Assembly: GCA_964016885.1 (NCBI GenBank) | Contig: OZ024742.1 | Span: 17,794,001 to 17,858,000 of the forward strand | DNA from: Eledone cirrhosa | Taxonomy: Eukaryota | Direction: 5' to 3' | DNA: 64,000 nt | Shown here: positions 40,901-52,312 of the stretch, piece after piece | How the letters are laid out: each line of letters begins with the position of its first letter | Numbering within the stretch: position 1 is the stretch's first letter | Made by a program: the position numbers and the translations under genes | The notes under the pieces: generated by a model | Seen by the model: the letters and a program-made list of their open reading frames with translations, nothing else | The model's database searches: none | What the model was told of the DNA's origin: nothing

Positions 40901-43900
40901 TGTGTGTATGAATGTCAGTTGAGATGTTGTGTGTGTGTGTGAATGTCAGTGGAGATGTTGTGTGTATGTGTGTGTGAATGTCAGTTCAGATGTTGTGTGT
41001 GTTTGTGTGTGAATGTCAGTGGAGATGTTGTGTGTGTTTGTGTGTGTGTGTGAATGTCAGTGGAGATGGTGTGTGTGTGTGTCAATGTCAGTGGAGATGT
41101 TGTGTATGTGTGTCAATGTCAGTGGAGATGTTGTGTGTGTGTGTGTGTAAATGTCAGTGGAGATGTTGTGTGTGTGAATGTCAGTGGAGATGTTGTGTGC
41201 GTGTGTGAATGTCAGTTGAGATGTTGTGTGTGTGTGAATGTCAGTGGAGATGTTGTGTGTGTGTGAATGTCAGTGGAGATGTTGTGTGTGTGTGAAAGTC
41301 AGTGAAGATGTTGTGTGTATGTGTGAATGTCAGTGGAGATGTTGTGTGTGTGTGTATGAATGTCAGTTGAGATGTTGTGTGTGTGTGAATGTCAGTGGAG
41401 ATGTTGTGTGTGTGTGAATGTCAGTGGAGATGTTGTGTGTGTGTGAAAGTCAGTGAAGATGTTGTGTGTATGTGTGAATGTCAGTGGAGATGTTGTGTGT
41501 GTGTGTGAATGTCAGTGGAGATGTTGTGTGTGTGTGTGAATGTCAGTGGAGATCTTGTGTGTATGTGTGTAAATGTCGGTGGAGATGTTGTGTGTGTGTG
41601 TGTGAATGTCAGTTGAGATGTTGTGTGTGTGTGTGTGAATGTCAGTGGAGATGGTGTGTGTGTGTGTGTGTGAATCTCAGTGGAGATGTTGTGTGTGTAT
41701 GTGTGAATGTCAGTAGAGATGTTGTGTGTGTGTGTGAATGTCAGTGGAGATGTTGTGTGTATGTGTGAATGTCAGTGGAGATCTTGTGTGTGTGTGTGTA
41801 AATGTCAGTGGAGATGTTGTGTGTGTGTGTGTCAATGTCAGTTGAGATGTTGTTTGTGTGTGAATGTCAGTGGAGATGTTGTGTGTGTGTGTGAATGTCA
41901 GTGAAGATGTTGTGTGTATGTGTGAATGTCAGTGGAGATGTTGTGTGTGTGTGTGTGTGAATGTCAGTGGAGATGTTGTGTGTGTGTGTGTGAATGTCAG
42001 TGGAGATGTTGTGTGTGTGTGTGTGTGTGTCAGTGGAGATGCTGTGTGTGTGTGTGAATGTCAGTGGAGATGTTGTGTGTGTGTATGTGTGAATGTCAGT
42101 GGAAATGTTGTGTGTATGTATATGAATGTCAGTGGAGATGTTGTGTGTGTATGTGTGAATGTCAGTGGAGATTTTGTGTATGTGTCTGAATGTCAGTGGA
42201 GATGTTGTGTGTGTAAATGTCAGTGGAGATGTTGTCTGTGTGTGCGTGTGAATGTCAGTGGAGATGTTGTGTGTGTGTGTGAATGTCAATCGAAATCTTG
42301 TGTATGTGTGTATGAATGTCAGTGGAGATGTTGTGTGTGTGCGTGTGAATGTCAGTGGAGATGTTGTGTGTGTGTGTGTGTGAATGTAAGTGGAGATGTT
42401 GTGTGTGTGTGTGAATGTCAGTGGAGATATTGTGTGTGTGTGAGTGTGTGAATGTCAGTGGAGATGTTGTGTGTGTGTGTGTGTATGTCAGTGGAGATGT
42501 TGTGTGTGTGTGTGTGTGTGAATGTCAGTGGAGATGTTGTGTATGTGTGTGTGTGTGAATGTCAAGGAAGATGTTGTGTGTGTGTGTGAATGTCAGTGGG
42601 GATGTTGTGTGTGTGTGTGTGTGTGTGAATGTCAGTGGAAATGTTGTGTGTGTGTGTGAATGTCAGTGGAGATGTTGTGTGTGTGTGAATGTCAGTGGAG
42701 ATGTTGTGTGTGTGAATGTCAGTGGAGATATTGTGTGTGTGTGGTAATGTCAGTGGAGATGTTGTGTGTACGTGAATGTCAGTGGAGATGTTGTGTGTGT
42801 GTGTGTGAATGTCAGTCGAGATGTTGTGTGTGTGTGTGTGAATGTCAGTTGAGATGTTGTGTGTGTGTGTGTGAATGTCAGTTGAGATGTTGTGTGTGTG
42901 TGTGTGAATGTCAGTTGAGATGTTGTGCGTGTGTGTGAATGTCAGTGGAGATGTTGTGTGTGTGTGTGAATGTCAGTGGAGATGTTGTGTGCGTGTGTGT
43001 GAATGTCAGTTGAGATGTTGTGTGTGTGTGTGTGAATGTCAGTTGAGATGTTGTGCGTGTGTGTGAATGTCAGTGGAGATGTTGTGTGTGTGTGTGAATG
43101 TCAGTGGAGATGTTGTGTATGTGTGAATGTCAGTGGAGATGTTGTGTGTGTGTGTGTGTTAATGTCAGTGGAGATCTTGTGTGTGTGTAAATGTCAGTGG
43201 AGATGTTGTGTGTGTGAATGTCAGTTGAGATGTTGTGCGTGTGTGTGAATGTCAGTGGAGATGTTGTGTGTGTGTGTGAATGTCAGTGGAGATGTTGTGT
43301 GTGTGTGTGTGAATGTCAGTGGAGATGTTGTGTGTTTATGTGTGTGAATGTCAGTGGAAATGTTGTGTGTGTGTGAATGTCAGTGTAGATGTTGTGTGTG
43401 TGTGTGTGTGTGAATGTCAGTAGAGATGTTGTGTGTGTGTATGTCAGTGGAGATGTTATGTGTGTGTGTGAATGTCAGTGGAGATGTTGTGTGTGTGTGT
43501 GTGTGAATGTCAGTGGAGATGTTGTGTGTGTGTGTGTGAATGTCTGTGGAGATTTTGTGTGTGTGTCTGAATGTCAGTGGAGATGTTGTGTGTGTAAATA
43601 TCAGTGGAGATGTTGTGTGTGTGTGCGTGTGAATGTCAGTGGAGATGTTGTGTGTGTGTGTGAATGTCAATCGAAATCTTGTGTATGTGTGTATGAATGT
43701 CAGTGTAGATGTTGTGTGTGTGCGTGTGAATGTCAGTGGAGATGTTGTGTGTGTGTGTGAATGTCAGTGGAGATATTGTGTGTGCGTGTGTGAATGTCAG
43801 TGGAGATGTTGTGTGTGTGTTTGAATGTCAGTGGAGATGTTGTGTGTGTGAATGTCAGTGGACATGTTGTGTGTGTGTCTGTGAATGTCAGTGGAGATGT

Positions 43901-46900
43901 TGTGTGTGTGTGTGCATGTCAGGGAAGATGTTGTGTGTGTGTGTGAATGTCAGTGGAGATGTTGTGTGTATGTGAATGTCAGTGGAGATGTTGTGTGTGT
44001 GTGTGTGAATGTCAGTTGAGATGTTGTGTGTGTGTGTGTGAATGTCAGTTGAGATGTTGTGTGTGTGTGTGAATGTCAGTGGGGTTGTTGTGTGTGTGTG
44101 AATGTCAGTGGAAAAGTTGTGTGTGTGTGAATGTCAGTGGAGATGTTGTGTGTGTGTGTGTGAATGTCAGTGGAGATGTTGTGTGTGTGTGAATGTCAGT
44201 GGAGATGTTGTGTGTGTGAATGTCAGTGGAGATGTTGTGTGTGTGTGTGTGTGAATGTCAGTGGAGATGTTGTGTGTATGTGTGTGGGAATGTCAGTTCA
44301 GATGTTGTGTGTGTTTGTGTGTGAATATCAGTGGAGATGTTGTGTGTGTTTGTGTGTGTGTGTGAATGTCAGTGGAGATGTTGTATGTGTGTGTCAATGT
44401 CAGTAGAGATGTTGTGTGTGTGTGTCAATGTCAGTGGAGATGTTGTGTGTGTGTGTGTGTAAATGTCAGTGGAGATGTTGTGTGTGTGTGTGAATGTCAG
44501 TGGAGATGTTGTGTGTGTGTGTGAATGTCAGTGGAGATGTTGTGTGTATGTGTGAATGTCAGTGGAGATGTTGTGTGTGTGTGTATGAATGTCAGTTGAG
44601 ATGTTGTGTGTGTGTGTGAATGTCAGTGGAGATGTTGTGTGTGTGTGTGAATGTCAGTGGAGATGTTGTGTGTGTGTGTGAATGTCAGTGGAGATCTTGT
44701 GTGTATGTCTGTAAATGTCGGTGGAGATGTTGTGTGTGTGTGTGTGAATGTCAGTTGAGATGTTGTGTGTGTGTGAATGTCAGTGGAGATGTTGTGTGTG
44801 TGTGAAAGTCAGTGAAGATGTTGTGTGTATGTGTGAATGTCAGTGGAGATGTTGTGTGTGTCTGTGAATGTCAGTGGAGATGTTGTGTGTGTGTGTGAAT
44901 GTCAGTGGAGATCTTGTGTGTATGTGTGTAAATGTCGGTGGAGATGTTGTGTGTGTGTGTGTGAATGTCAGTTGAGATGTTGTGTGTGTGTGTGTGAATG
45001 TCAGTGGAGATGGTGTGTGTGTGTGTGTGTGAATCTCAGTGGAGATGTTGTGTGTGTATGTGTGAATGTCAGTAGAGATGTTGTGTGTGTGTGTGAATGT
45101 CAGTGGAGATGTTGTGTGTATGTGTGAATGTCAGTGGAGATCTTGTGTGTGTGTGTGTAAATGTCAGTGGAGATGTTGTGTGTGTGTGTGTCAATGTCAG
45201 TTGAGATGTTGTGTGTGTGTGAATGTCAGTGGAGATGTTGTGTGTGTGTGTGAATGTCAGTGAAGATGTTGTGTGTATGTGTGAATGTCAGTGGAGATGT
45301 TGTGTGTGTGTGTATGAATGTCAGTTGAGATGTTGTGTGTGTGTGAATGTCAGTGGAGATGTTGTGTGTGTGTGAATGTCAGTGGAGATGTTGTGTGTGT
45401 GTGAAAGTCAGTGAAGATGTTGTGTGTATGTGTGAATGTCAGTGGAGATGTTGTGTGTGTGTGTGAATGTCAGTGGAGATGTTGTGTGTGTGTGTGAATG
45501 TCAGTGGAGATCTTGTGTGTATGTGTGTAAATGTCGGTGGAGATGTTGTGTGTGTGTGTGTGAATGTCAGTTGAGATGTTGTGTGTGTGTGTGTGAATGT
45601 CAGTTGAGATGTTGTGTGTGTGTGTGTGAATGTCAGTTGAGATGTTGTGTGTGTGTGTGTGAATGTCAGTTGAGATGTTGTGCGTGTGTGTGAATGTCAG
45701 TGGAGATGTTGTGTGTGTGTGTGAATGTCAGTGGAGATGTTGTGTGCGTGTGTGTGAATGTCAGTTGAGATGTTGTGTGTGTGTGTGTGAATGTCAGTTG
45801 AGATGTTGTGCGTGTGTGTGAATGTCAGTGGAGATGTTGTGTGTGTGTGTGAATGTCAGTGGAGATGTTGTGTATGTGTGAATGTCAGTGGAGATGTTGT
45901 GTGTGTGTGTGTGTGAATGTCAGTGGAGATCTTGTGTGTGTGTAAATGTCAGTGGAGATATTGTGTGTGTGAATGTCAGTTGAGATGTTGTGCGTGTGTG
46001 TGAATGTCAGTGGAGATGTTGTGTGTGTGTGAATGTCAGTGGAGATGTTGTGTGTGTGTGTGTGAATGTCAGTGGAGATGTTGTGTGTGTGTGAATGTCA
46101 GTGGAGATGTTGTGTGTTTGTGTGAATGTCAGTGGAAATGTTGTGTGTGTGTGAATGTCAGTGTAGATGTTGTGTGTGTGTGTGTGAATGTCAGTAGAGA
46201 TGTTGTGTGTGTGAATGTCAGTGGAGATGTTATGTGTGTGTGTGAATGTCAGTGGAGATGTTGTGTGTCTGTGTGTGTGAATGTCAGTGGAAATGTTGTG
46301 TGTGTGTGTGTGTGAATGTCAGTGGAGATGTTGTGTGTGTGTGTGTGAATGTCTGTGGAGATTTTGTGTGTGTGTCTGAATGTCAGTGGAGATGTTGTGT
46401 GTGTAAATATCAGTGGAGATGTTGTGTGTGTGTGCGTGTGAATGTCAGTGGAGATGTTGTGTGTGTGTGTGAATGTCAATCGAAATCTTGTGTATGTGTG
46501 TATGAATGTCAGTGTAGATGTTGTGTGTGTGCGTGTGAATGTCAGTGGAGATGTTGTGTGTGTGTGTGAATGTCAGTGGAGATATTGTGTGTGTGTGTGT
46601 GAATGTCAGTGGAGATGTTGTGTGTGTGTTTGAATGTCAGTGGAGATGTTGTGTGTGTGAATGTCAGTGGACATGTTGTGTGTGTGTGTGTGAATGTCAG
46701 TGGAGATGTTGTGTGTGTGTGTGTGTGAATGTCAGGGAAGATGTTGTGTGTGTGTGTGAATGTCAGTGGAGATGTTGTGTGTATGTGAATGTCAGTGGAG
46801 ATGTTGTGTGTGTGTGTGTGAATGTCAGTTGAGATGTTGTGTGTGTGTGTGTGAATGTCAGTTGAGATGTTGTGTGTGTGTGTGAATGTCAGTGGGGTTG

Positions 46901-48735
46901 TTGTGTGTGTGTGAATGTCAGTGGAATTGTTGTGTGTGTGTGAATGTCAGTGGAGATGTTGTGTGTGTGTGTGTGAATGTCAGTGGAGTTGTTGTGTGTG
47001 TGTGAATGTCAGTGGAGATGTTGTGTGTGTGAATGTCAGTGGAGATGTTGTGTGTGTGCGTGTGTGAATGTCAGTGGAGATGTTGTGTGTATGTGTGTGG
47101 GAATGTCAGTTCAGATGTTGTGTGTGTTTGTGTGTGAATGTCAGTGGAGATCTTGTGTGTATGTGTGTAAATGTCGGTGGAGATGTTGTGTGTGTGAATG
47201 TCAGTTGAGATGTTGTGTGTGTGTGAATGTCAGTGGAGATGTTGTGTGTGTGAATGTCAGTAGAGATGTTGTGTGTGTGTGTGAATGTCAGTGGAGATGT
47301 TGTGTGTGTGTGTGAATGTCAGTGGAGATGTTGTGTGTGTGTGTGAATGTCAGTGGAGATGTAGTGTGCGTGAATGTCAGTGGAGATGTTGTGTGTGTGT
47401 GAATGTCAGTGAAGATGTTGCGTGTATGTGTGAATGTCAGTGGAGATGTTGTGTGTGTGTGTATGAATGTCAGTTGAGATGTTGTGTGTGTGTGTGTGTG
47501 AATGTCAGTGGAGATGTTGTGTGTATGTGTGTGTGAATGTCAGTTCAGATGTTGTGTGTGTGTGTCAATGTCAGTGGAGATGTTGTGTGTGTGTGTCAAT
47601 GTCAGTGGAGATGTTGTGTGTGTGTGTGTAAATGTCAGTGGAGATGTTGTGTGTGTGTGTGACTGTCAGTGGAGATGTTGTGTGTGTGTGTGAATGTCAG
47701 TTGAGATGTTGTGTGTGTGTGTGAATGTCAGTTGAGATGTTGTGTGTGTGTGAATGTCAGTGGAGATGTTGTGTATGTGTGTGAATGTCAGTTGAGATGT
47801 TGTGTGTGTGTGAATGTCAGTGAAGATGTTGTGTGTATGTGTGAATGTCAGTGGAGATGTTGTGTGTGTGTGTATGAATGTCAGTTGAGATGTTGTGTGT
47901 GTGTGTGAATGTCAGTGGAGATGTTGTGTGTGTGTGTGAATGTCAGTGGAGATGTTGTGTGTGTGTGTGAATGTCAGTGGAGATCTTGTGTGTATGTGTG
48001 TAAATGTCGGTGGAGATGTTGTGTGTGTGTGTGTGAATGTCAGTTGAGATGTTGTGTGTGTGTGAATGTCAGTGGAGATGTTGTGTGTTTGTGCGTGAAT
48101 GTCAGTGGAGATGTTGTGTGTGTATGTGTGAATGTCAGTAGAGATGTTGTGCGTGTGTGTGAATGTCAGTGGAGATGTTGTGTGTATGTGTGAATGTCAG
48201 TGGAGATGTTGTGTGTGTGTGTGTGAATGTCAGTTGAGATGTTGTGTGTGTGTGAATGTCAGTGGAGATGTTGTGTGTGTGTGTGAATGTCAGTGAAGAT
48301 GTTGTGTGTATGTGTGAATGTCAGTGGAGATGTTGTGTGTGTGTGTGTGTGAATGTCAGTGGAGATGTTGTGTGTGTGTGTGAATGTCAGTGGAGATGTT
48401 GTGTGTGTGTGTGAATGTCAGTGGAGATGTTGTGTGTGTGTGTGAATGTCATTGAAGATGTTGTGTGTGTGTGAATGTCAGTTGAGATGTTGTGTGTGTG
48501 TGTGAATGTCAGTGGAGATGTGTGTGTGTGAATGTCAGTGGAGATGTTGTGTGTGTGTGAATGTCAGTGAAGATGTTGTGTGTATGTGTGAATGTCAGTG
48601 GAGATGTTGTGTGTGTGTGTAATGAATGTCAGTTGAGATGTTGTGTGTGTGTGTGAATGTCAGTGGAGATGTTGTGTGTGAATGTCAGTGGAGATGTTGT
48701 GTGTGTGTGTGAATGTCAGTGAAGATGTTGTGTGT
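25953..48735. repeat. 22.8-kb composite satellite array, unit AATGTCAGTGGAGATGTT(GT)n
   Basis: Roughly 700 units (estimate) of about 24-45 bp with a constant core and variable GT run; higher-order duplications visible from diagnostic variants. Confidence 0.97.
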
Positions 48736-49099
48736 CTTAAATACATCTGTTCTGTTTTCTCTACGTCTTCTCCCTCTTGTTCATACTTTTTTCCTCTCTA
48801 CCTATATATTCTCCCTTTCCCTCCTCAGCTCAGACCCTGTCTTATTTATATTAACTGTGAAATCTCATATATTAACCCTCTTGTTAGCAAACAACCTCAG
48901 GTTCTGGGTTAAAACTGTTTGTTTTAAAATGTCGATATTGCAAGATGCAATTATACAATACAGGTAAATACAAATAAGTTAATATGTGTTGATGTTCTCT
49001 CTCTTTCACTCACTCCCTCCGTCTCTCTCGCTCTACCCATCTCTCACTTTCACTCTCTGCCTCCGTCTCTCTCGCTCTCCCCATCTCTCACTTTCACTC

Positions 49100-49215
49100 A
49101 CTGCCTCCGTCTCTCTCGCTCTCCCCATCTCTCACTATTATAAACAATTGTGGATCACGCGCTTGCCGCCCCGCGGCACTGGCGGACAGAATAGAGAAGT
49201 CGCTTCCCTGGAATG
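49100..49215 (-). mobile_element. Second CRE-like 3' remnant
   Basis: Homologous to 4768-4880 (CACTGCCTCCGTCTCTCT...CCCATCTCTCACTATTATA...GGACAGAATAGAGAAG); minus frame reads GSDFSILSAS. Confidence 0.5.
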
Positions 49216-49384
49216 GCAAGCAAGGTTTCATATTTAAAAGCCCTTGTTAAGTTAAGCTCCAACTTAATAATGAGCATGTTACTTATTTTACTAAATCCCT
49301 TCAAATCCTTTTTTTATTTTCTTTTTTTATTTTTTGAAAATCATAGGTAGTGTATTTCATTAGAAATATATACTTAGGCGAGTA

Positions 49385-49600
49385 ATAGGGGTTTCTGATT
49401 TAGGCACAAGACCATCAATTTGAGGAGAGGGGAAAGTCGATTAACGAGGGGAAAATAGACCTCAGTGTATTACTGGTACTTTATTTTATCAACCCCATAA
49501 GGATGAAAGGCAAAGCTAACCTCGGTGAGATTTAAACTCATAAAGGGCCACAACTATATACTGCAAAGCATATAGTCCGATACTGCCAATTCACCGCCCT
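49385..49600 (-). mobile_element. Family A-related SINE, with a partial copy at 49612-49692
   Basis: TACTGGTACTTTATTTTATC..CCCC..AAGGATGAAAGGCAAAG body and CTGCCAATTCACCGCC head; TTAGGCGAGTAATA is duplicated on both sides. Confidence 0.75.
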
Positions 49601-50502
49601 ATTAGGCGAGTAATAATGGTTTCTGATTAAGGCGCAAACCAAAGATTTTGGTGGGAGGGGTAAGTCGATTAAATCGACCCCAGTGTGTTACTGAAGCTAA
49701 AATCCAATTAATCTCCTGGGTAGTCCCGACGAACCTTAGGAGTTGATATCGACCACTTTTGTGACCCCTGGATTAATCCAAACAAGCGTGCGCTCATATA
49801 TATTCTTTCACATTCCCTAACTGTTCGTTAATAAAGTTTCAGCTTTTTCAAACAAGCTGAATTGCATAAGTCTTATATATTCATCTCAAACATATTCTAA
49901 GTCTTTTATTTTCTTTCTTAATCAGGCACAAGTTTAACAATTAGTTATACGTCTGAGCGGAGTTTTATTCTTTTGAAAGATAACGATGTTCCCAATGTTG
50001 AAACAGATACATTAGACTGCAGTGAAATTCAAAGGTTATCTTTAAGAAAGCGAAATATATATAATTTGTTTCATGAAACTTCCCGTGTATAATCAGGAAT
50101 AAATATAAACGAAGAAATTTAAACGTTTGCTCCTTTCGCCTATGTCAGGATTCTTTCATTCTTTCTTTATTTATTCATTTATTTATTTATTCATTCATTC
50201 GTTTATTTTAATTGTGGATGTCTTCGTGAAAATGATCTTAATTTTGATAAAGCTTCTCTAATGACAGAGTTTTCATTTCATTAGATTGTTTAACCGAATC
50301 CGTGTGTCGCTGTAATGTAATTAACATTATCGACTGCTTATCATATTATGCAATCACATTCGACATTTATTCGTGTAAACATGCACAGATAGCGACATGA
50401 AAATATACATAAACACACTCTCACAACACCCACTTACACATACACATATGTATGTATTGTTCGATATACACACATATGCATATACATACATAAACATATA
50501 TT

Positions 50503-50565
<63 letters not shown>

Positions 50566-50567
<2 letters not shown>

Positions 50568-50755
50568 TGGAAGAATCAGGACCCCTACGGCTGAGCTACG
50601 GCCGTTCGACAGCTAGATCCAAACGGTTCGGATCTAGCTATCGAACTCAGGCGTTGGGGTCCTGACTTTTCTCCTATTACCCACTCTACTACCCTAAATA
50701 TTGAGTACTCTGGTGCGTTATGGTCCACCTGGTATCTTATCACACCCTCTTTGTT
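50566..50755 (+). mobile_element. Family E element with inverted head (diverged)
   Basis: CAGGACCCC..CGGCTGAGCT head facing GGGGTCCTGA, then TTACCCACTCTACTACCC...GTGCGTTATGGTCCACC; lies in (TA)n. Confidence 0.65.
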
Positions 50756-50829
50756 ATATATATATATATATAAAAATGCAAGTATGTATGTATACGTACA
50801 TACATATATGCATACAGACGTACAGTAGC

Positions 50830-50901
<72 letters not shown>

Positions 50902-51031
50902 GTGAGGTTTTTTTTACAAAATGAAAAATAACCGAGGTGTCCTACACGAGTGGAAGTATAAAGAAAAAGGGATGAAATCGAAAATGCAACTGAAGTCTTA
51001 TTTTTTTTTAAATATATATATTTATTTGGTT

Positions 51032-51069
51032 CCTTTACCGGTTTCGCAGTTCTTCTGCTTTTCAAAAGG
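51032..51069 (-). ncRNA. Minimal type I hammerhead with U3-A8 core (family C)
   Basis: Reverse complement of 52186-52223. Confidence 0.65.
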
Positions 51070-51579
51070 TGAGTTGAGATGGAGGGTCTGTGGTTTTTCT
51101 CACATCTGGTTGGTCTCTAAATGTTACTTGTTTTATATGGAAAAACTGGCTCGAAAACCAGGTTTTTCGAGAAGTAATTTGATTGGTTTGTCAATAATTA
51201 TAATAAATTTCGCGCCAGTTCGCGTTACAATAGTTCTTCAAATAAGAGAGGGGGGTGGTTGTCACAGGTTGTTTTTTCATATATGAGTGTTTGAATTTCT
51301 TTTTACTTGAAAAAATGAGGCTCACGAAGGCTTTTTTTTGGTTGGTTATAAATGAAATTTGGCTGTCACGTGAACAAGTTTTCATTACATTTTTGCGCCC
51401 TTATTTGGAAAACTATTCTGTAGTCTATAGTGAATGTTATGACAATGGAGAGATAGTGGTCAAGGGAAAAGGGATTGGGAGAAATGTTCTGGTTCAGTGA
51501 ATATGGCCAGCTGTCAGAGTTCAGGTGTCAGAGTTCAGATTTTCTATTGAGACTGAAGATATGTGTTTATTTGTGTGCT

Positions 51580-51616
<37 letters not shown>

Positions 51617-52185
51617 ATGTGTGTATTGGAAGATGATTCTATTAGTAGACACACACACACATATACACACACACAAGCACACAAATAAACACATATCTTC
51701 AGTCTCAATAGAAAATCTGAACTCTGACACCTGAACTCTGACAGCTGGCCATATTCACTGAACCAGAACATTTCTCCCAATCCCTTTTCCCTTGACCACT
51801 ATCTCTCCATTCTCATAACATTCACTATAGACTACAGAATAGTTTTCCAAATAAGGGCGCAAAAATGTAATGAAAACTTGTTCACGTGACAGCCAAATTT
51901 CATTTATAACCAACCAAAAAAAAGCCTTCGTGAGCCTCATTTTTTCAAGTAAAAAGAAATTCAAACACTCATATATGAAAAAACAACCTGTGACAACCAC
52001 CCCCCTCTCTTATTTGAAGAACTATTGTAACGCGAACTGGCGCGAAATTTATTATAATTATTGACAAACCAATCAAATTACTTCTCGAAAAACCTGGTTT
52101 TCGAGCCAGTTTTTCCATATAAAACAAGTAACATTTAGAGACCAACCAGATGTGAGAAAAACCACAGACCCTCCATCTCAACTCA

Positions 52186-52223
52186 CCTTTTGAAAAGCAG
52201 AAGAACTGCGAAACCGGTAAAGG
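52186..52223 (+). ncRNA. Minimal type I hammerhead with U3-A8 core (family C)
   Basis: CCTT-TTGAAAA-GCAG-AAGAA-CTGC-GAAA-CCGG-T-A-AAGG: 4-bp stems I and II, palindromic ACCGGT stem III, GTA cleavage after 52219. Confidence 0.65.
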
Positions 52224-52312
52224 AACCAAATAAATATATATATTTTTAAAAAAAATAAGACTTCAGTTGCATTTTCGATTTCATCCCTTTTTCTTTATAT
52301 ATATATATATAT

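Larger units (their letters stand above)
50897..52299. mobile_element. Non-autonomous PLE-like palindromic insertion (family C), ~650-bp inverted arms
   Basis: 50957-51610 and 51649-52299 are near-perfect reverse complements with a ~40-bp spacer; flanked by (TA)n; each arm carries an HHR. Confidence 0.85.

Noticed and set aside
25953-48735. CRISPR-like array or Cys/Val-rich protein gene
   Set aside because: The spacers are only (GT)n length variants rather than unique sequences, there are no cas genes, the context is eukaryotic, and the ORFs are short frame-hopping repeat translations.
50921-52229. Mirror-image ORF pairs at 51-52 kb and 58-62 kb as duplicated genes
   Set aside because: They simply reflect non-coding inverted repeats.
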